A stretch of 64,000 bases of DNA from positions 1 to 64,000 of the forward strand of contig JBHLOI010000014.1 in assembly GCA_048940645.1 (NCBI GenBank), in the 5' to 3' direction. Source of the stretch: Promethearchaeota archaeon (GTDB taxonomy: Archaea; Asgardarchaeota; Lokiarchaeia; Sigyniarchaeales; SOKP01). The notes beneath the pieces are model-generated. The model saw only the letters and a program-made list of their open reading frames with translations. It was not told the origin of the DNA and ran no database searches. Of the stretch, positions 58,921 through 64,000 are shown one piece after another (position 1 is the stretch's first letter; each line of letters begins with the position of its first letter). The translations under genes were made by a program, and so were the position numbers.

Positions 58921-60444
58921 ATGGTTAAAATGGTAGAATTATTCAAATATGGTCAAGATCAATTAACTGCTGAATTAGCTTTAAAAATAGCAAGAGGAGA
59001 ATTAAAAGCCGTACTTACTGAACATACAGAAACAAAAGTTAATAGAAGTTTCAAAGCTGTACAAACAATTGCTAAAGGAGAGAAATTAGTTTATAGTATC
59101 AATACTGGATTTGGTTCGTTATGTACAACTAGAATTTCTAAAGAAGAAACCGGTAAATTACAGGAAAATCTCCTAAAAAGCCACAGTGTAGGATTAGGAG
59201 CTTCCATTGATCAAGAAATTGCTAAATTAATGCTGATTCTAAAAGTTCATGCATTATGTAAAGGCTATTCTGGATGTTCTTTAGAATTAATTAAACGTAT
59301 AATTTGGCATATTGAAAATGATTATATTCCTTTAGTACCTGAGCAAGGTTCTGTTGGCGCTTCTGGAGATCTTGCTCCTTTGGCTCATCTATTTTTACCT
59401 TTAATAGGACTGGGCTACTTATCAAAGAATGGAATTGATTATATACCATCTATAGAAATTTTAAATATAAATAATTTAAAACCGTTAATACTTAATGCAA
59501 AAGAAGGGGTAGCTTTGATTAATGGTACACAATTTATTTCTGCTTATGCGATTAGAATAATTGAAAGATTGTCTAACTGTCTTGAGCATGCAGATGTAAT
59601 TGGGGCCCTCACACTTGAAGCTTATTTAGGCTCACCCCAACCATTCGATGAAAGACTAATAAATCTTAGACCTCATCAAGGAGCCAAAATTGTCGCCAAA
59701 AATTTTAGACAGTTTTTAAAAGCGTCTCAGTTTATTGAGTCTCATAAGGATTGCGGGAGGGTTCAAGATCCTTATTCTATTCGGTGCATACCACAAGTTC
59801 ATGGAGCTTCTAGAGATGCATTATTCCACTTAATTGAAAAGCTGAATTGTGAATTAAATTCAGTGACAGATAATCCTATAATATTTAATGAAGAAGATAC
59901 CATTAGTGGAGGAAATTTTCATGGTCAACCCTTAGCTTTGCCGTTAGATTATGTAGGTTTAGCTGCCTCTGAACTTGGAAATATCTCTGATCGCCGAATA
60001 TATCTCCTTTTAGAAGGAAAGTGGGGAATTCCTGAGTATTTAATTAAAGAATCTGGCTTAAATTCAGGATTTATGATTGCTCAATATACATCCGCAGCAT
60101 TAGTAAGTGAAAATAAATCAATGTGTTTTCCAGCGAGTGCAGACAGTATTCCTACTTCAATGGGTCAAGAAGATCATGTAAGTATGGGATCTATTAGTGC
60201 GAGAAAAACTTTAAAAATTATAGAAAATCTTGAAAAGGTGTTAGCAATTGAACTCTTATGCGCTTCACAAGCATTTGATTTTAGAAGACCATTGAGATCA
60301 AGCAAAATTTTAGAATCTTGTCATTCTTACATTCGTCAGGGGATTCCGCATGTTAATCAGGATGTTATTCTTTCTGACTATATTAAGAAAAGCTTAGAAA
60401 TTATAAGAAGTAAGGAATTATTAAATTTAATTAAACAGGATTAG
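58921..60444 (+). CDS. hutH: Histidine ammonia-lyase
   Basis: INTGFG, GSVGASGDLAPL (MIO-forming ASG), QDPYSIRC.PQVHGA, SGGNFHG, QEDHVSMG. Confidence 0.96.
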   Translation: MVKMVELFKYGQDQLTAELALKIARGELKAVLTEHTETKVNRSFKAVQTIAKGEKLVYSINTGFGSLCTTRISKEETGKLQENLLKSHSVGLGASIDQEIAKLMLILKVHALCKGYSGCSLELIKRIIWHIENDYIPLVPEQGSVGASGDLAPLAHLFLPLIGLGYLSKNGIDYIPSIEILNINNLKPLILNAKEGVALINGTQFISAYAIRIIERLSNCLEHADVIGALTLEAYLGSPQPFDERLINLRPHQGAKIVAKNFRQFLKASQFIESHKDCGRVQDPYSIRCIPQVHGASRDALFHLIEKLNCELNSVTDNPIIFNEEDTISGGNFHGQPLALPLDYVGLAASELGNISDRRIYLLLEGKWGIPEYLIKESGLNSGFMIAQYTSAALVSENKSMCFPASADSIPTSMGQEDHVSMGSISARKTLKIIENLEKVLAIELLCASQAFDFRRPLRSSKILESCHSYIRQGIPHVNQDVILSDYIKKSLEIIRSKELLNLIKQD

Positions 60445-60455
60445 ATATTTTAAAA

Positions 60456-61799
60456 ATGTCAGTTACTTCTACAGTTTCTTTAAAAAAAATCAAAAAAAAG
60501 AAAGAGTCTTTAACATCAATAATTGGAGAAGAAAAATCTCCAGATTTGATAATTATTCATGCAAATCAACTGGTAACTTTAGATTCGAACTATGGAGTTC
60601 CAAGAACAGGTGATGAAATGCAAAATCTTGCAATTATTGAGGATGGAGCTGTTGCTGTTATTGATAATAGAATTGAATTTGTAGGCACTACCGAGGAGTT
60701 ATTATCTTTTTACGTAATTAACCAAGATGTGATTGTTATTGATGCCAGTAACAAGCTGGTAACTCCTGGATTTGTCGATCCACATACACATATAATTTTT
60801 GATGGTTCAAGAGAAAATGAGCTGGGAATGAAATTAAATGGGATATCTTATCTTGAAATTTTAAAAGCAGGAGGAGGAATTCTAAAAACTGTAAAGGCAA
60901 CAAGAAAAGCAACTTTAGAAAAATTAGTGGAAAATGGAAAAAAGATACTTAATCGTATGATGAAATATGGCACAACAACGGCTGAGACAAAATCGGGGTA
61001 CGGACTTGATGTTGAAAATGAAATTAAATCATTGCGAGCAGCAAAAATTTTAAATAATGAACATCCAATTGACCTGATTTCAACGTTTTTAGGAGCTCAT
61101 GCGATTCCTCCTGAATATAATAATAAGAAAGAAGAATATATTGACTTGATAATCTCGGAAATGATTCCTAGAATTGCGAGTGAAGAATTAGCTGAATTTT
61201 GTGATGTTTTTTGTGAGGAGGGAGTCTTTTCTATTGAAGAAACGAAAAAAGTATTAAATATTGCTAAACAATTTGGATTAAAGCCTCAAATTCATATTGA
61301 TGAGATTGTAGATACGAATGGAGCATTATTAGCAGCTGAAATAAATGCTGTACAGACTGGACATTTATTGAAATCGAATGATGAGGGTTTAAAAGCAATG
61401 GCCAAAATGGGTGTAATTGCTACACTTTTACCCGGAACACCATTCTCACTAATGTTAAAAGACTATGCTCCAGCTAGAAAGATGATAGATTTTGGAATCC
61501 CAATAGCTATAGCAACAGATTTGAATCCAAACTGTTGGACGGAGTCGATGCAGATAATTATTGCTCTAGCATGTTATAAAATGAAAATGACCCCCGCTGA
61601 AGCTTTAACTGCAGCTACCATTAATGGAGCCTGTGCACTCCAGAAGCAAGATCACATAGGCAGTATCGAAATAGGTAAAAAAGCAGATATTTTAATATTT
61701 GATGTACCAAATTATAACTTTCTACCTTATCAATTCGGTGTTAATTTAATAGATAAAGTTATTAAAAATGGAAAAATAGTTTTTAAAAATATTTTTTAA
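60456..61799 (+). CDS. hutI: Imidazolonepropionase
   Basis: PGFVDPHTH, GGGILKTV, E.KSGYGL, FLGAHA, DVFCE, ATDLNP. Confidence 0.95.
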   Translation: MSVTSTVSLKKIKKKKESLTSIIGEEKSPDLIIIHANQLVTLDSNYGVPRTGDEMQNLAIIEDGAVAVIDNRIEFVGTTEELLSFYVINQDVIVIDASNKLVTPGFVDPHTHIIFDGSRENELGMKLNGISYLEILKAGGGILKTVKATRKATLEKLVENGKKILNRMMKYGTTTAETKSGYGLDVENEIKSLRAAKILNNEHPIDLISTFLGAHAIPPEYNNKKEEYIDLIISEMIPRIASEELAEFCDVFCEEGVFSIEETKKVLNIAKQFGLKPQIHIDEIVDTNGALLAAEINAVQTGHLLKSNDEGLKAMAKMGVIATLLPGTPFSLMLKDYAPARKMIDFGIPIAIATDLNPNCWTESMQIIIALACYKMKMTPAEALTAATINGACALQKQDHIGSIEIGKKADILIFDVPNYNFLPYQFGVNLIDKVIKNGKIVFKNIF

Positions 61800-61809
61800 C
61801 TTTTCTCTC

Positions 61810-62727
61810 TTAAAAATCAAAATAATGTTCAAGTAAGTGTTTTTCTTCAAGTTTATCAGGATTTGATAGCTGTAAGTAATATTCTAAAGAATTAAGGACA
61901 GCACCTAAAGGTAAAACTCCTATCAATTCGGTACCAATAATGTTTACACCAAATCTATTTGCTTCTATTCTTACAAGCTCCATCTGTCTATAAAGTGGTG
62001 TTTTTTTATAGTTAATGTTACTAATTCCGACTTGTACATAATCTCTCCCCTCTATAAACGTTCCCATAGCTTTAATATTGATTAATCCGCCAGAACGTAG
62101 GTGAATTGCTTTTGCTACCTTTTTAGCAATATTAAGATCTTTAGTCCCAAGATTTATATTAAAACTAATTAGTGGTTGTCTAGCACCAGTAATTAAAGCT
62201 CCTGCTGTTGGATGTAATTCCTCAGGTCCATAATCAGGTTTACGTTCAGGATCTCTTTTAATTGCTTCTTTAAGGCCTTCATACTGTCCAACTCTTATAT
62301 TATCTATATTCATTCTATCTAGTTTACGGGCAGATTCTTCATATAAATATACCGGAATACCTTCTTTCGCCATAACTTCTGCAAATCTCACGGATAAATC
62401 TATACATTCTTCAATAGAAACATTTTGAGCTGGTACAAATGGCACTACATCTACAGCGCCAATTCTAGGATGTTGTCCCTTATGATTATTCATATCAATT
62501 AATTCAACGGCTCTTTTTGCAGCAGCGATATTGGCCTTTAATACTGCCTCTGGAGTTCCAACAAAAGTTATGACGGCTCTATTATAATTCGTGTCATATT
62601 GGACATCTACAATTCTAGTATCTGATGTGTTCTTAATTTCATTCGCAATCTTCTCAATTTTACTGCTATCTTTCCCTTCGCTGTAGTTGGGTACGGATTC
62701 CACTATTTTTTTTCTTTTACTTTCCAT
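61810..62727 (-). CDS. ftcD: Glutamate formiminotransferase (FTCD formiminotransferase domain)
   Basis: VESVPNYSEG, D..YNR, H.GQHPRIGAVDVVPFVP, PVYLYE, IR.GQYEG, HPTAGA..TGAR. Confidence 0.92.
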   Translation of the reverse strand: MESKRKKIVESVPNYSEGKDSSKIEKIANEIKNTSDTRIVDVQYDTNYNRAVITFVGTPEAVLKANIAAAKRAVELIDMNNHKGQHPRIGAVDVVPFVPAQNVSIEECIDLSVRFAEVMAKEGIPVYLYEESARKLDRMNIDNIRVGQYEGLKEAIKRDPERKPDYGPEELHPTAGALITGARQPLISFNINLGTKDLNIAKKVAKAIHLRSGGLINIKAMGTFIEGRDYVQVGISNINYKKTPLYRQMELVRIEANRFGVNIIGTELIGVLPLGAVLNSLEYYLQLSNPDKLEEKHLLEHYFDF

Positions 62728-62796
62728 ATTATGTGCCTTTTTTAAATTAAATACATTCTAAATTTATAATATTTAAACTTGTAAAATTATCAATAA

Positions 62797-64000
62797 TTAT
62801 AAAGAATACATCTTTCGCTTATAGGTTTTATCGGTAAAAATATAAACTTGATCTTTTCCATTCCCGATAACGGGTGTTTTAATCTTTAATTCTATCAAGA
62901 TTTTTTTATTCTTAGTACCTCTTGGAGATTTACTAACCTTTTTATTCTCAAATTTAATGTATTGTGCTTTTTGATGAATATAGGTATCTGTTTCTTTCCC
63001 CATGATAATTAAGTCATCTCCTTGAGAAATATATCCATTGCTTATTGAAATCCGGGCAAATCCTGTTTGTTGATCAAAACCAACAATACGACCAACTTTA
63101 ATATATCTATAATGCGAAAGGTTATACGGATAGTTATGCTGATGATCAACTTCTGTCATTCTTTTAAAATAAAAACCCGATGTAAATCCTCTATTATATA
63201 CTCTTTTCAATTCAGTTACCCAACGCCCTACTTTCTTTTCTGTAAACGTTCCATTATAATATGCGTCGATTGCTTCTCTATAGACTTTACTGACAATTTC
63301 AACATAATGAGGGTGTCTCATACGCCCTTCTATTTTAAATGCGTCTACATTTGCTTCAATTAAGTCTGGAATATAAGCAATTGTGCACAAATCTCTTGAG
63401 TTCATAAATCTTACACCATCATAGATATATTCAACTCCAGATTCTTCTCGAACCCACCATCTCCTCCTGCATGGTTGAATACAATTGCCTCTATTCGCAG
63501 ATTTTTCTTCGGTTCCACATATATCTTGAGAAAAATAACACCTTCCACTTACAGAAGTACACATAGCTCCATGAATAAACACTTCTACTTCTGTCTTGGT
63601 TAAGTTTCTTTTAATTTCTTTTATTTTTTCTAGCGACAATTCTCTGGCTAAAATTATACGTTCAGCACCTAAATTTTCATAAAATCTTGCTGATATAGAA
63701 TTAGATACATTACATTGAGTGGAAATATGAAAAGGGATTCCAAAATCTTTAGCAATCTGAATTGCTGCTAAATCATGAACTATTACGGCATCAATACCTG
63801 ACTTTTTCCCTTTTTCAATGATATTCCTAAGTTCATTAATTTCGTTATCATAAACTAAAATATTTGTTGTTAAGTAAGTTTTCAGGTTGTTATTATGACA
63901 GTAATTTACAATCTTAGGCAAATCATCTATAGCAATATTTTCAGTTCTCATTCTCATGTTGAAGCTTTCAACACCAAAATAAATAGAATCTGCATATTCT
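62797..64000 (-). CDS. Peptidase U32-family Fe-S protein (TrhP/RlhA-like); 5' end lies beyond the window
   Basis: HISTQ, RIILAREL, FIHGAMC..SGRC, NRGNC.QPCR, KIEGR. The frame continues upstream of ATG 63957 as EYADSIYFG to the window edge. Confidence 0.9.
   Translation of the reverse strand, partial: EYADSIYFGVESFNMRMRTENIAIDDLPKIVNYCHNNNLKTYLTTNILVYDNEINELRNIIEKGKKSGIDAVIVHDLAAIQIAKDFGIPFHISTQCNVSNSISARFYENLGAERIILARELSLEKIKEIKRNLTKTEVEVFIHGAMCTSVSGRCYFSQDICGTEEKSANRGNCIQPCRRRWWVREESGVEYIYDGVRFMNSRDLCTIAYIPDLIEANVDAFKIEGRMRHPHYVEIVSKVYREAIDAYYNGTFTEKKVGRWVTELKRVYNRGFTSGFYFKRMTEVDHQHNYPYNLSHYRYIKVGRIVGFDQQTGFARISISNGYISQGDDLIIMGKETDTYIHQKAQYIKFENKKVSKSPRGTKNKKILIELKIKTPVIGNGKDQVYIFTDKTYKRKMYSL

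Noticed and set aside
1047-63363. Short ORFs antisense to or nested in long genes (for example 2151..2594, 29577..30143, 42135..42479, 47535..47870, 55205..55558)
   Set aside because: Shadow frames of well-supported genes with no recognisable motifs
1-64000. rRNA, tRNA, CRISPR arrays, transposases, integrases, DGR or retron components
   Set aside because: None recognised by eye; the intergenic regions are short and AT-rich. A tRNAscan/Rfam run would be needed to exclude small RNAs.

Overview
Very AT-rich, gene-dense archaeal chromosomal segment, most consistent with an Asgard archaeon of the Lokiarchaeia/Promethearchaeia type. This is inferred from archaeal-type PheRS, TyrRS and PPAT, DUF1512, AOR, several stand-alone SCP2 proteins, an all-LRR protein and a Vps29-like phosphoesterase. 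Positions 1-32.7 kb form a large surface-glycan locus. It holds heptose synthesis genes co-transcribed with non-oxidative pentose-phosphate enzymes, a flippase, a legionaminic-type nonulosonic acid pathway with a probable epimerisation cassette, and glycan-decorating enzymes (PAPS sulfotransferase, O-acetyl- and O-methyltransferases, FemAB-like GNAT, amidotransferase-like protein, QxxRW GT2, three Thr-nucleophile alkaline-phosphatase-superfamily proteins, radical SAM). Positions 32.7-64 kb hold housekeeping and metabolic genes: bacterial-type rph, pheA, pheST, coaD, ppdK, tyrS, ADH, AOR, hutUHI plus formiminotransferase, and a U32 protein. Highlights: (1) sequence evidence for Shine-Dalgarno-guided ATA/ATT start codons; (2) a membrane protein combining an RGG/aromatic low-complexity tail, nested GOLD/APD-like ectodomains and double zinc ribbons, coupled to a CBS membrane protein; (3) a candidate sulfated, nonulosonylated Asgard glycocalyx; (4) a heptokinase-like pseudokinase; (5) an SCP2 duplication with a preserved junction. 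No rRNA, tRNA, CRISPR array or transposase was recognised. All family calls come from visual motif recognition; no database search was run.
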